From assembly GCA_907165135.1 (NCBI GenBank), contig CAJRAX010000009.1, positions 1 to 64,000 on the forward strand: a stretch of DNA of 64,000 nucleotides, given 5' to 3'. Below, one piece after another: positions 21,035 to 34,600 of this stretch (position 1 is its first letter; each line of letters starts with the position of its first letter). A program made the position numbers and the translations under genes. Below the pieces are notes generated by a model, which worked only from the letters and a program-made list of their open reading frames with translations, was not told where the DNA came from and searched no databases. This DNA comes from Oikopleura dioica. Taxonomy: Eukaryota > Animalia > Chordata.

Positions 21035-23381
21035 CTTCTCAAACCCAACAGAAAAAAAATTCAAAAAAAAAATTTTTTTTTCGATGTTCATCGTTATCAT
21101 GAATCGCCCAAAAATGAGGTCAAAATTTTGAAAGTTTGTTTTTTGCCCTTATTTTATTTGCAGCGTTTCTGCCGTCTTCCGAGCGTCATTTTGGTTGATT
21201 CTGAGTCTCTCAAACCCAACAGAAAAAAAATTCAAAAAAAAAATTTTTTTTCGATGGTCATTGTTATCATGAATCGCCCAAAAACGAGGTCAAAATTTTG
21301 AAAGTTCGTTTTTTGCCCTTATTTTATTTGCAGCGTTTTTGCCGTCTTCCGAGCGTCATTTTGGTTGATTCTGAGCCTCTCAAACCCAACAGAAAAAATT
21401 CAAAAAATTTTTCGATGGTCATTGTTATCATGAATCGCCCAAAAACGAGGTCAAAATTTTGAAAGTTCGTTTTTGCCCTTATTTTATTTGCAGCGTTTTT
21501 GCCGTCTTCCGAGCGTCATTTTGGTTGATTCTGAGCCTCTCAAACCCAACAGAAAAAATTCAAAAAAATTTTTCGATGGTCATTGTTATCATGAATCGCC
21601 CAAAAACGAGGTCAAAATTTTGAAAGTTTGTTTTTTGCCCTTATTTTATTTGCAGCGTTTTTGCCGTCTTCCGAGCGTCATTTTGATTGATTCTTAGCCT
21701 CTCAAACCCAACAGAAAAAAATTCAAAAAAATTTTTTTCGATGGTCATCGTTATCATGAATCGCCCAAAAACGAGGTCAAAATTTTGAAAGTTCGTTTTT
21801 GCCCTTATTTTATTTGCAGCGTTTCTGCCGTCTTCCGAGCGTCATTTTGGTTGATTCTGAGCTTCTCAAACCCAACAGAAAAAATTCAAAAAAATTTTTT
21901 CGATGTTCATCGTTATCATGAATCGCCCAAAAATGAGGTCAAAATTTTGAAAGTTTGTTTTTGCCCTTATTTTATTTGCAGCGTTTCTGCCGTCTTCCGA
22001 GCGTCATTTTGGTTGATTCTGAGCCTCTCAAACCCAACAGAAAAAAATTCAAAAAATTTTTTCGATGGTCATTGTTATCATGAATCGCCCAAAAACGAGG
22101 TCAAAATTTTGAAAGTTCGTTTTTTGCCCTTATTTTATTTGCAGCGTTTTTGCCGTCTTCCGAGCGTCATTTTGGTTGATTCTGAGCCTCTCAAACCCAA
22201 CAGAAAAAAATTCAAAAAAAAAATTTTTTTTCGATGGTCATTGTTATCATGAATCGCCCAAAAACGAGGTCAAAATTTTGAAAGTTTGTTTTTGCCCTTA
22301 TTTTATTTGCAGCGTTTTTGCCGTCTTCCGAGCGTCATTTTGGTTGATTCTGAGCCTCTCAAACCCAACAGAAAAAAATTCAAAAAATTTTTTCGATGGT
22401 CATTGTTATCATGAATCGCCCAAAAACGAGGTCAAAATTTTGAAAGTTTGTTTTTGCCCTTATTTTATTTGCAGCGTTTTTGCCGTCTTCCGAGCGTCAT
22501 TTTGATTGATTCTTAGCCTCTCAAACCCAACAGAAAAAAAATTCAAAAAATTTTTTTTTCGATGGTCATCGTTATCATGAATCGCCCAAAAACGAGGTCA
22601 AAATTTTGAAAGTTCGTTTTTGCCCTTATTTTATTTGCAGCGTTTCTGCCGTCTTCCGAGCGTCATTTTGGTTGATTCTGAGCTTCTCAAACCCAACAGA
22701 AAAAATTCAAAAAAATTTTTCGATGTTCATCGTTATCATGAATCGCCCAAAAATGAGGTCAAAATTTTGAAAGTTTGTTTTTGCCCTTATTTTATTTGCA
22801 GCGTTTCTGCCGTCTTCCGAGCGTCATTTTGGTTGATTCTGAGCCTCTCAAACCCAACAGAAAAAAAATTCAAAAAAAAAATTTTTTTTCGATGGTCATT
22901 GTTATCATGAATCGCCCAAAAACGAGGTCAAAATTTTGAAAGTTCGTTTTTTGCCCTTATTTTATTTGCAGCGTTTTTGCCGTCTTCCGAGCGTCATTTT
23001 GGTTGATTCTGAGCCTCTCAAACCCAACAGAAAAAATTCAAAAAAATTTTTCGATGGTCATTGTTATCATGAATCGCCCAAAAACGAGGTCAAAATTTTG
23101 AAAGTTTGTTTTTGCCCTTATTTTATTTGCAGCGTTTTTGCCGTCTTCCGAGCGTCATTTTGGTTGATTCTGAGCCTCTCAAACCCAACAGAAAAAAATT
23201 CAAAAAAATTTTTCGATGGTCATTGTTATCATGAATTGCCCAAAAACGAGGTCAAAATTTTGAAAGTTTGTTTTTTGCCCTTATTTTATTTGCAGCGTTT
23301 CTGCCGTCTTCCGAGCGTCATTTTGGTTGATTCTGAGCCTCTCAAACCCAACAGAAAAAATCAAAAAAATTTTTCGATGGT
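21035..23381 (+). repeat. Satellite A array, ~14 monomers with a 5-monomer (~820 bp) higher-order repeat
   Basis: The GATGTTCATC variant recurs at about 21083, 21902 and 22722, each followed by three GGTCATTG monomers and one GGTCATCG monomer. Confidence 0.95.
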
Positions 23382-23641
23382 TGATACCGAAAGGGATGAT
23401 TCTCTAAGCTAATCTGCAACTTGCAAAGGAAACAATTAAAAATTCAGGAATCGACGCTATTTTATTTGGTAAGATCGAGAATGATTTTCGAATTTCAAAT
23501 TTTCAAATTTCAATTCCGCGCAGATGGTAAAATTTCCAAATAAGGGCATTTCGCCAAGTATTTCGCGGATGTTTTGATTTTGCGCGGCGCATTTCGCGCT
23601 CTTGTTTTTCTCGTTGTTTTCTTCATTTTCGCCGCAGTGAT

Positions 23642-24826
23642 TGATACGATTCCTGCTTATTTTCTCAAAACGATTCTTGCTATAAAATACTAAAAATTTA
23701 TTTGCTGTTGGTGATTTATTGAAAGATCAAGAATGAGGATCAATTTTTGAAAATGGAGAAGGTCAAGTTTTGCCAACCGGTTTGCGCTGGATTTCCATTG
23801 TTAAGAAGTCATGGCGCCATTTACGTCAATTGTCTTTCGCATTATGTAACTTTCTGATGAAATTTTTCATTTTCAATTTATCCAAAGGCAAAATAGCCAT
23901 TATATAATTTTCATAATCTTCGTTATGTAACCCCAATGATTGTGGTTACATAATTTTCGTCTTTTCAAATTTCATTTTTTTGTATTTTTCTTTGCCACAG
24001 CTGGCGCATTTTCTTGAAATCACTCTCAAAACCGGCTTTCTCACTATGTGACCCACCGATTGTGAAAGTATTTCTGGGTTTCCAAAGCCGTTAAGCAAAT
24101 CGTAGTCGTTCCAAGCGTTTTTATCGTTGTCCAAAGTGTTGTAGAAGTAGAAGTCGTCGTTGTCTCTGCCATCGGCTCGTTGTGTAGTTGCCATCTTTGT
24201 TTTTTGGTCAGAAAATTTAAAAAAGCAGCCGTAACGGGCTCGACAGTTTTGATTACCATGTCGCGCTTATGTTCGCGGTTGGCCATATTGAGATATTCTG
24301 CTCCAGGCTACTTTGCGAACAGCCACTTTCGTGGAAGCGAAGCATGTAAGGATGATAGGTCCCAACGTCGTCGAAATCAAGGAAGAAAAGCAGCAGTCGT
24401 TCCCCAGCGGTTCGTTGATTTTTATGACAGAAACAAATATTTTTCAGATAAAATTTTCCTAAGAATTTCTTATACTTTTATTTACAATCAACACTGTAAA
24501 TAAAGGCATAGATATATGTGATTTTTAACGTTTTAACGATCATCCTTTTCATGCAATAATAAATTGATGTGATACACGCGTACGTGCAGAATATGCGAAC
24601 TAAAATCCTAACCAGTAATTATTTTGTAAAAGCCCTTGAACCCTTAATTTTCCTTTGATTAAATTAGCAAAAAACTTTACCCACTTAGTTAAGGGCCCAA
24701 GGGAAAATCAATATGGCTCTTATTGATTTTTCTTTGATTAACATGCACTATGGGCTTTTATATTTGAGCAACATTTTTATTCATTTTTTTGTATTTTGAT
24801 TTTTGTTATTTATTCGGAAGGTATCA
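23642..24826 (-). repeat. 3' LTR of element 3
   Basis: TGATAC...GTATCA; matches 27768-28896 except for homopolymer indels; three-way-junction motif at 24253-24349 (copy at 28322-28418). Confidence 0.93.
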
Positions 24827-24893
24827 CCATGGCCACGCCAGGGTCTTAAATGAGCATCTTTTGCCTTCGAATATTTGAAGCCCTAGAACGAGC

Positions 24894-27767
24894 TCAAGTG
24901 TCCGGATAAAAAACAAGTTCACCGTTTTTTGTCGGATGATTTGGAAAGAAAGAGGAAAACTGAGCGATAATAAATTCACGAATGTTTGATTTTTTGTTAA
25001 TAAATGAGTTTGGAATTTTTCAAGAGAATAAAAAGAGCAAAGACACTTGAGCTCGTATAAAGAAAACTGCGGAAGAGTTGTTTCTCTTTTTATTTGCAAA
25101 ATAGCTAGAAAAAGCAACTCTCCCGAGCTTGATTTTTGCCAATTATTGTGATTCTTGATAATCCAAAATTTCACTTTATTACCTAATTCGGATTTGTTAT
25201 CTGAAGCAGAATGCGTTTCGCCAAAATCAGCGAGGATCGATATCAATGTTTCTTTCGGCAGTTCAGACATTTTCAGAATAAACCCATTACCGATTTTCTT
25301 ATTCTTTTTAAAATCATGCAACCCCTGCCTAACTTCGTTAAAAAATTTTCATTTTTGTTTTCCAAAATTATTCCAATCTGGCAACCTTCAAAATCAAGCA
25401 TTTCTGCTTCATTCATTAATTCGTTTGTTCTTGTTTTTGGTAATCGAACGGAGCTGTTCGTTATTTCCGAGTCCATTAAAATTGTTCTATCGATTTGTTG
25501 TCGAGTTTGTACTGTTTTATCTGTTGTTTTTGGGTGAAAAAGGGCCTTTTAAAATCTTGAATGTCAGACAATTCTCCAGAGCTTCCCCTCGCGCGTTTTG
25601 CATTTCTATTAGCACTTATATCAAGTTTGTCATATGATGTTAAGTCGCCCGAAAATTCAATCTGACGAACCGTTTGATTTCTACAAGGTAATATTGCCGA
25701 TGAACCCGCTACTATCTCCAGGTCCTCCGTTGAGGTCTCGTCGAAAATGTCATCTTTCCCGCTGATTTCCCTTACATTTTGAATATTGGCCTGATCAGTT
25801 TGTCGGATTCCCTTAACCTCGAGATAAGCCTCTTTAAAAATATCAATTATATTTAAATTAATTAAATTTTCGTAATCCCTTAAAACGAGAGAATTTTTGA
25901 ATTCCTCAATGTCTAAACTATCGGAGCTCGATTCGGTTATTGATGATTCTAAATCCGAAAATGAATCTTTACGCAATTCTAACTTCGATTGCTCTTCAGC
26001 TGTGACGGAGAAAAACTCAACATATCTAAACCCCTCAATTGAATTTTTATCCTCGTGCCCATCCCTTACTATTTCATTATTATCATGCTCTATTTTTGGA
26101 GAGATTTTATCTTGGCGCTCATGAAATTTTCTTAAGTCGTTCGCGTGGCGAATTAGAATTTTCCTGTCTCTAAATTTTTACAAGAATACACCGTAGGGGT
26201 TTTATTAATAATTATGTAGGGGCCAATAAATGGGGGTCGTTTGATCGAAAATTTCTTAGCAAGACTTTTTCATTGAGGGCGTATTCTTGAAATTTTTCAT
26301 TTTTGAGCCTTGCGCATCTCCGAGATTTTTCTTCATCAATATTGTGTTTAATTGCTTTAAAATCAATATTTATTTTATCCCTATACTGTCTCCAATTGGG
26401 GTCATTCAAAAAGTGTGGAACCTCGATTCCTGTTTCAATTGAAAACGGAGAAAATTTTGTGACTGAATGCTTAGAACTATTTATTTCGTGAAGAGTTTCC
26501 GAAAGATAACGGTCCCAATTATTAAACTGACATCGGGCTTTAAGCCGGCTCTTAAGAGTTCGATTAAAATTTTCGACACTACCATTAGTTGCTGGATGTC
26601 TTGGTGGACTGTTTTTAAGTTCAATATTATTTTCCGCACAAAATTCACGAATTTTTGAAAATTCAGGGGCGTTATCGAAAATTAACAACTTGGGAAAGAA
26701 AGGGTTTGAAAAAGAATAGACTTAAATTTATCGAGGAGATATTCTGATTTTTAGAATTAAGTGGTACCCCATAAGCTTTTTGCTGAAAAAATCAATAGCA
26801 GTAAAAATATAAATATTCCCACTGTCCGTTGGCCGAAGAGGACCGATCATATCAAAGCCCATTTGTTGATACGGCCCTGTTGGAGATGGAAATGTCTTTG
26901 GGGCGGCTTTATTCGGATTACAGTTTGGTTTATTTAATTGACAGTATTTGCATGATCTAATAAACTCGACTACATCTTGGCGCATTTTCCCAAAAATACT
27001 TTTGATTTAATTTTGAAAATGTAATTTCTATTCCAGAGTGACCCCCTTCATGATATTCACGCATAAGGTCAGAACGCAAAACTTCTGGAACGCAGAATTT
27101 GTCTAGATTCCCTTCCCTTAGGATAAGCTCCCCTGATTCGAGAAAACATAAATTTTTCCGGTGCAATAAATAATATGAAATTTTTTCCGTCGGATTATTC
27201 GGCCATCTGTCAATTCCGACGTATTGTCTTATAAGCCGTAAGATCGGGTCAAGTTTTGAAGCTCAATAAAATTTTGGTATCAATTTTGATAAGAGAAATT
27301 GCCGCTTTTTCGGTTTTCCCGGGTATCTTGAGAGATAATCTGAAATTTTAAGCGCACTTGATGGTTTCTGGAGAATTTTATAATTAAAGGTCATAAGCTC
27401 AGCTATCCATCTTTGAATACGGGAATTATTTGTTTTTAGCGAATTGAGATATTTCATATTTCCATTGTCTGTTATAAGATCAAAATTTGTATATTTCAGA
27501 TAGACGCTCCACTTATTTATGCAAATTCTAGAAGCCAAAATTTCTTTTTCAAAAATCGTATACTTGATCTGTGTGTCAGAAAAATTACCACTGTGATATG
27601 CGCATGGCCGTAGACAGCCGGAATTATGAACATGGTTTTCAGATGGAATCTTTTCCGCGCATAAATATAGAACTCCTCCGAAACTCCGATCGCTTGCATC
27701 ACACTCGACCACAAATTTACCCCCAGAAATCGGTGGAATAAATAATTCTAGAGCTTTTTCCGAGATT
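24894..27767 (-). pseudogene. pol: RNase H-integrase-C-terminal remnant of pol, element 3
   Basis: VECDAS, HEGGH..CKYC, GFDMIG, IFDNAPEF, SVENFNRTLK and the C-terminal module are spread over several frames; many breaks fall in homopolymers and may be sequencing errors. Confidence 0.9.
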
Positions 27768-28896
27768 TTTATTTGCTGTTGGTGATTTATTGAAAGATCA
27801 AGAATGAGGATCAATTTTTGAAAATGGAGAAGGTCAAGTTTTTGCCAACCGGTTTGCGCTGGATTTCCATTGTTAAGAAGTCATGGCGCCATTTACGTCA
27901 ATTGTCTTTCGCATTATGTAACTTTCTGATGAAATTTTTCATTTTCAATTTATCCAAAGGCAAAATAGCCATTATATAATTTTCATAATCTTCGTTATGT
28001 AACCCCAATGATTGTGGTTACATAATTTTCGTCTTTTCAAATTTCATTTTTTTGTATTTTCTTTGCCACAGCTGGCGCATTTTCTTGAAATCACTCTCAA
28101 AACCGGCTTTCTCACTATGTGACCCACCGATTGTGAAAGTATTTCTGGGTTTCCAAAGCCGTTAAGCAAATCGTAGTCGTTCCAAGCGTTTTTATCGTTG
28201 TCCAAAGTGTTGTAGAAGTAGAAGTCGTCGTTGTCTCTGCCATCGGCTCGTTGTGTAGTTGCCATCTTTGTTTTTGGTCAGAAAATTTAAAAAGCAGCCG
28301 TAACGGGCTCGACAGTTTTGATTACCATGTCGCGCTTATGTTCGCGGTTGGCCATATTGAGATATTCTGCTCCAGGCTACTTTGCGAACAGCCACTTTCG
28401 TGGAAGCGAAGCATGTAAGGATGATAGGTCCCAACGTCGTCGAAATCAAGGAAGAAAAGCAGCAGTCGTTCCCCAGCGGTTCGTTGATTTTTATGACAGA
28501 AACAAATATTTTCAGATAAAATTTTCCTAAGAATTTCTTATACTTTTATTTACAATCAACACTGTAAATAAAGGCATAGATATATGTGATTTTTAACGTT
28601 TTAACGATCATCCTTTTCATGCAATAATAAATTGATGTGATACACGCGTACGTGCAGAATATGCGAACTAAAATCCTAACCAGTAATTATTTTGTAAAAG
28701 CCCTTGAACCCTTAATTTTCCTTTGATTAAATTAGCAAAAACTTTACCCACTTAGTTAAGGGCCCAAGGGAAAATCAATATGGCTCTTATTGATTTTTTC
28801 TTTGATTAACATGCACTATGGGCTTTTATATTTGAGCAACATTTTTTATTCATTTTTTGTATTTTTTGATTTTTGTTATTTATTCGGAAGGTATCA
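27768..28896 (-). repeat. Truncated 5' LTR of element 3
   Basis: Identity to the 3' LTR begins at TTTATTTGCTGTTGG. Confidence 0.9.
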
Positions 28897-29685
28897 GTGA
28901 TTGTTACGCAAGAAGCAGCCGATTCCCATATCATCATTTTGACTTATCAAGAGATCAACTTCCAACTATGTTGCCGTATCACTTTTGATAAGAAGCCGTT
29001 ATCAGTCCATGTCCAAAATCGTTGTCAGTCCGTTCGTTGTCGTTTTCGTTGATGGAGCAGTTGTCGTCGTTGTAGAACGTGCAGTTTTGTCGTTTTTAAA
29101 GATGATAGCCATTCGTCCTTAATCGAGCCAAAAAGGGTTCAAACAAAAACGCCTACCAGGAGCAGTTACTGACAGCGCCATCCCGCGGAGCACGGGGTCA
29201 CACTGTCAAGCCGCAAAAGCGGAACTCAGCTGGGGATGAATATTCATACAAATGGTCCAGGGTGAAATCAAGGAAGAATCCGTCGTTTTTTAGCTTTTCC
29301 AGGTTGAAGCTTGAGAATCGTTTTAAACAGCAAAATAAGAAGGGATTAATTTGAACTAGAAAGAGAATTTAGAACTAAAATGAATTGAGAGTTGTTTCCA
29401 ATAGAAAAGGGTTGAATATTCATGCGTTCCTAAAAGAGTGAGATTTTAACGCCCGAAGACGGTTGGCTAATGTGCCTAAAATGAAGTGAAATAGCGCGTA
29501 CGCTACAGAGAATAAGAGGGATTATGATGAACTCATGCTGGCGATTCATGAAATCGGCTCAAGATTTCAAGTTTTACATTCGATTTGTGAAAGATTCAAA
29601 AATCTATCCGAGTTAGCGTAATTTGGCCGTGATTGAAGGATAATTCAATTTTTATTTTTTATGTTCTTCTGCCGTATCGATATTA

Positions 29686-30020
29686 ATGGTCATCGTTATC
29701 ATGAATCGCCCAAAAATGAGGTCAAAATTTTGAAAATTCGTTTTTTGCTCTTATTTTATTTGCAGCGTTTCTGTCGTCTTCCGAGCGTCATTTTGGTTGA
29801 TTCTTAGCCTCTCAAACCCAACAGAAAAAAAATTCAAAAAAATTTTTCGATGGTCATCGTTATCATGAATCGCCCAAAAACGAGGTCAAAATTTTGAAAT
29901 TTCGTTTTTGCCCTTATTTTATTTGCAGCGTTTCTGCCGTCTTCCGAGCGTCATTTTGGTTGATTCTGAGCCTCTCAAACCCAACAGAGAAAAATTCAAA
30001 AAAATTTTTTCGATGGTCAT
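29686..30020 (+). repeat. Satellite A, 2 monomers
   Basis: Same unit as above. Confidence 0.95.
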
Positions 30021-30558
30021 TGATAAGAATAGCGAAAAAGAACATAAAAGATAAAAATTGAATCCTTCCACTCACGGCGCCACCCGTTTCGGCGGTTCTT
30101 TATTTAACTCTTTCTAGTGTTCAATTTATTCTTTCTGACTGGTAATTATTTTTGATGAAACAAATTCAAAACGTCTGAATTTGATTCCAAGAAAAAAATC
30201 AATTGGCTTTTTCTAATTACGGAGCTGTTGCATGAATTTCATCCTCTAGCTGAGTTCCGCTTTAAGCGGCTTGACAGTGTGACCCCGTGCTCCTCGGGAT
30301 GGCGCTGTCTGTAAGTGCTCCTAGGTAGGCAAAATTGATTGAACACCTTTCTGGCTCGCTTTAGGCGCGAAAGCGCTGCGCCTTATTCGAAATGCCTTAT
30401 TTGGAAACATCTGCCATCTGCGCGAATTTGAAATTTGAAAATTTGAAAACTGAAAAATCACTTCCTTTCTTACCAAATACAATACGCGCCGATTTCCGAA
30501 TTTTTAGTGTTTCCTTTGCAGATCGCAATTAGCTTAGAGATTTGATTAAAACGGTATC

Positions 30559-31651
30559 ATGGTGATCGACGAGCCGAGCCTTCAAACAAAGGTACATAAA
30601 ATGCCAGAAGAACTTTTATTTTCTCATTTTCCAACCTTGAATCCCAGACAATTTTTCCGCCCAAATATGCTCCCTTTCGAATTTACTAATTCTAAAAAAG
30701 TCTTGAGGATAAAATTCAATCAATGAGAATGATTTTTGAGAAATCAATTAAAGATCACGGGCGAGACTCGGACAAGGATAAATTGCTCGCGCAATTTGAG
30801 CGTGCATCTGTTGATTGCGTTCGCAATAATTGTTCTCTTGATTTTATGAGTAATTATGCCCGAGAAATGTCGGATTTGGAAACTGTTGACGGAGCGTTTG
30901 AGTTTCTGGAGAGTATTTTTGGTCGAGAAACAGAGGAGGAAAAAGGGAACGGGCGTCAATTGAACTGGAAAATCTCTCGCGGCGAACTGATTTGAATGAA
31001 AAATTTTCTGCGTTCTTGCAACGAATAAACACAGTTGCCAAATTGATTTCCGACAAGCCTGACGCGGTAAATTTTATTGTTGACGCGCATTTTTTGAAAA
31101 GTTTAGAGCCATCTAACCGAGCATTTTTGCGAGACCACGGTTACAGCAAAAATCGACTGCGGAAATAGTCTCGTTTTTGGATTCTCGCGAACGGTACGCA
31201 AGTGCCAATATTTCAGCTGTTCACGGGAATGATTTCGCATCATTCGTTGATAAAACGAGCGAAATCTTAGAGTCGAAATTAAACCAAATGGAACTTAATT
31301 ATGAAAAAGAGCCGCGGAATTTACTGAAAGCATCAATAAACTTACAGCAACAGTTGCAAAGCTAGAGCTTGAAAAGAGTAAAGCTGAGAGCAGACCAGAA
31401 TTTCAGCCAAGAAATCCCCAGATGTCGGTTCCTAGATTTTCTCCTCCGTTTTGGGGTCCCCAACAAGGTCAACAAGGTCAGATGCCCGGTTACATGCCCC
31501 GCCCCACCGCTTTTTGCTTCAATTGCCAGCAATACGGTCATTTTAAACCTAGATGCCCGAAAATAAAATGCTTCGATTGCCAGGGTTTTGGGCATATTAG
31601 TCGTTTTTGCCTTGAAAATAAACCAAAATGAGACCAATCAGTCAAAAACTA
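30559..31651 (+). pseudogene. gag: gag of element 5, frameshifted
   Basis: MVIDEPSLQTKVHKMPEELL...; CFNCQQYGHFKPRC knuckle; several 1-nt indels. Confidence 0.87.
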
Positions 31652-34600
31652 GATTTTCGAGCCCAGTTCTAGCCAAATTTGGGTTCCACAGATTTCAATT
31701 AATAAAATAGGAGAACAATTTTACGTAAATGTAAATATTTTTGATTCACCTGTTCGTTTTTTTGTAGATACAGGCTCACAATTAAATCTTATTTCACAAA
31801 AAATGTTCCAAAAACAAAAAATTGAAAAAACAAAAATTGACGTTGTCAATTATTCCGGCGGAAAGATTGACATTATTGGAAAAATTGAAGAGGACGTTTT
31901 TATTGACAACGTTATACCTATAAAATCAGTATTTTATGTTGTAAAAAATAATTTGAGCCCTATTTTGGGCGTACCAGCAATCGAGGATAATGAAATTTTG
32001 ATAAACCTTCAACGAAAGAAATCATTCAAGCGGGGCCAATTGAGCGATTTGCGAAATTAAATGAAATCAAATATGATCCCTCGATTGTCCCAAATGAGCC
32101 TCATGGAACAACCTTGCAATCAGAAGAATATGAGGCTTCCTCAACAGAAACATTTTCATTCAAGGGAAAATCAGAATTATTATTGATCTAAAAGTTAAAG
32201 GGTTTGAAGTCGGCAAAAGTCTTTTTTTGAAGAATCAAATCTAGGAAATTCTAAATTACAACTTATTCCAAGTTTTCAGACGGTCGATAAAAATCCCCAA
32301 TTTTTCGATGCCTTGTAATAAATCCAACAGATACATGTATACGTATTCCAGCGGGAACAGTTTTTGTTAAATTACACGAAATTGTTGAAATTGCGAGAAT
32401 GAAAAAGATAAGAAAAAAAATCTCGAGAATATTTCTGTCGGCGTGATTAACTCTCCAAATGTAAAAATTGATTTTAACGAACTTTTAGACGATTTTACGT
32501 TTCTATTTTTGGATGAAGATGACCCCTTGCCACCGTGTACAATTGAAAAATTCACAATTGAAACAGATACAAAATTGCCTATTTCAGTGCCGCCGTATAG
32601 GACGCCCTTTAGTTTAAGGTCTGCGATGAGGGATCTTTTTGATAAATTTAGAAGGAAATAATATAATTGAGCGATGCACGAGCCCATGGAATAGCCCGTG
32701 CTTGCTTGTTCGAAAAAGATGGAAGTTTTCGGCTAGTTATTGATTTTAGAAAGCTTAATGATGTGACATTACAACAGCATCACCCCTTGCCAAATTTAGA
32801 GGATAGTTTATCATATTTCGAGAAAAGTAAGATTTTTAGCTCTCTTGATCTGATAAAGGGATTTTATCAAATTGAGCTTGACGAGGAATCGAAGGATAAA
32901 ACCGCTTTCAGCAATGAATTTGGGCAGTTTAGATTTAAGAGAATGCCAATGGGCGCCAGAAATAGCCCTTCACATTTTATGCGAATCATGGACAAGATTT
33001 TGAGAGACACAGAGAAGACAGAGATTCTCGCGTACATGGATGATGTTCTTTGTCATAGTAAAACAGAAGAGGAGCATTTTTATGTTTAAAAAATTTTTCT
33101 GCATTCTTAGTGCAAATAACTTGAGAATAAATTGTCGCAAAGCGATTTTTTCACAGAGATCAGTAAATTTTTGTGGCTATTTTATCAATAACGGGAATAT
33201 TTATCCTTCGAAAGAGAAAATTTTGGCAATTGAAAAATCTACAAATTCCAAATTCTAAGGAAAGTGCACAGAGTCTTTTGGACTCTTAAATTTTCATCGT
33301 AGATTTATTAAAAATTTTGCGTCTATCGCCTTACCTATCACAAAAACATACAGAAATATATTTTCATGGACAGATGAGGCGACAGAGGCATTTGATCACC
33401 TTAAAAAGTATCATATGCGACAATGCGATGAAATTAAAAATACCGCCCTCGGATAATGTTCTTTTTGTAATGGAGACAGATGCAAGTAATAATGGGTATG
33501 GCGGCGTGCTGTATATGTGTGAAAAATGATCGTAGAGATTCTCATCATCATTCGCCGGATTGTTTTCTTCCCGTTGGTTATTTTAGTGGTAATTTTAATG
33601 AAACTCAATCAAATTACACTATAATTGAAAAAGAATTTCTATCAGCTAAATTGTGCATGGAAAAATGGTCAGTCTATCTTTCTTTTAGAGAGTTTGATTG
33701 GATAACGGATAACAGTAACATAAAGTACATAAAAACGCTGCGAACATATAATCAAAAAATGGCAAGATGGATAACTGAAATTCAATCATTTTCTTTTCGA
33801 ATTATTCAAAAACCGTCATCAAAAATGAAAATAAGCGATTGTTTCAGTAGAAATCCGTTGAATAAGAAAATTGCAATAAACGCTATAAAAATCGATCAAA
33901 CAAATATTCTTGAAATTCAAAAATTAGACCCAGTTCTTTCTGAAATTCGAAAATATCTGAAAATTGATCGATGGCCCCTTAATCCAAAGGGCGATGAAGC
34001 GTTTTATTTGATTTTCAGAGATAATTTATTTTTTGAAAGTGGAGAAATGATTATTTTAAGAATGAATGCGGAAGCTCGTAGAATTTGTGTTCCTAAAGAT
34101 TGTGAAAATGAAATAATCGAAAATTATCATGATTATTGCCATGCGGGAATCGATCAAACCTTCGCGAAAATTTCAAGTAAATATATATGGCCAAGAATGA
34201 AAATTGCGATAAAAGAATTTATCAGAAGCTGCGCGTATTGTCAAAAAGATAAACCTAATTTTCATCCCAATAAAGCACCCACATTGACATTCAAAACACC
34301 AACTGGACCTTTTGAAGTTTTTGGATTCGACCTAATAACGCTTCCTCCAACTGATTTTGGCAATAGATACGTCATGGTTATGATTGACTTTTTCTCTAAG
34401 TTTGGATATTGTGAGCCTCTTAAATCAAGAAATTCAAAGTATCTTCTTGAAAAATTTCAAAATGTTATTTTCAAAAATCCGTACTTTCCAAAATTTGTTG
34501 TGCTCGATAATGCGCGCGAACACTCAGAGCTTGAAAAATTTATGAGAGAAAATAAAATTGAACCACATTTTACACCGCCGAGACATCCTCCTCAAATGGC

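Larger units (their letters stand above)
23642..28896 (-). mobile_element. Nested, internally deleted Ty3/Gypsy element 3 (family 3)
   Basis: TSD GTGAT at 23637-23641 and 28897-28901; complete 3' LTR 23642-24826; 5' LTR 27768-28896 lacks ~55 bp of its inner end and is fused directly to the RT-RNaseH linker, so gag, PR and RT are deleted. Confidence 0.92.
23382..29685 (-). mobile_element. Solo LTR (family-2-related, ~1.04 kb) split into 23382-23641 and 28897-29685 by a nested element
   Basis: TSD ATGGT at 23377-23381 and 29686-29690; TGATAC at the left end, TATTA (variant of TATCA) at the right end; three-way-junction motif at 29156-29238. Confidence 0.87.
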
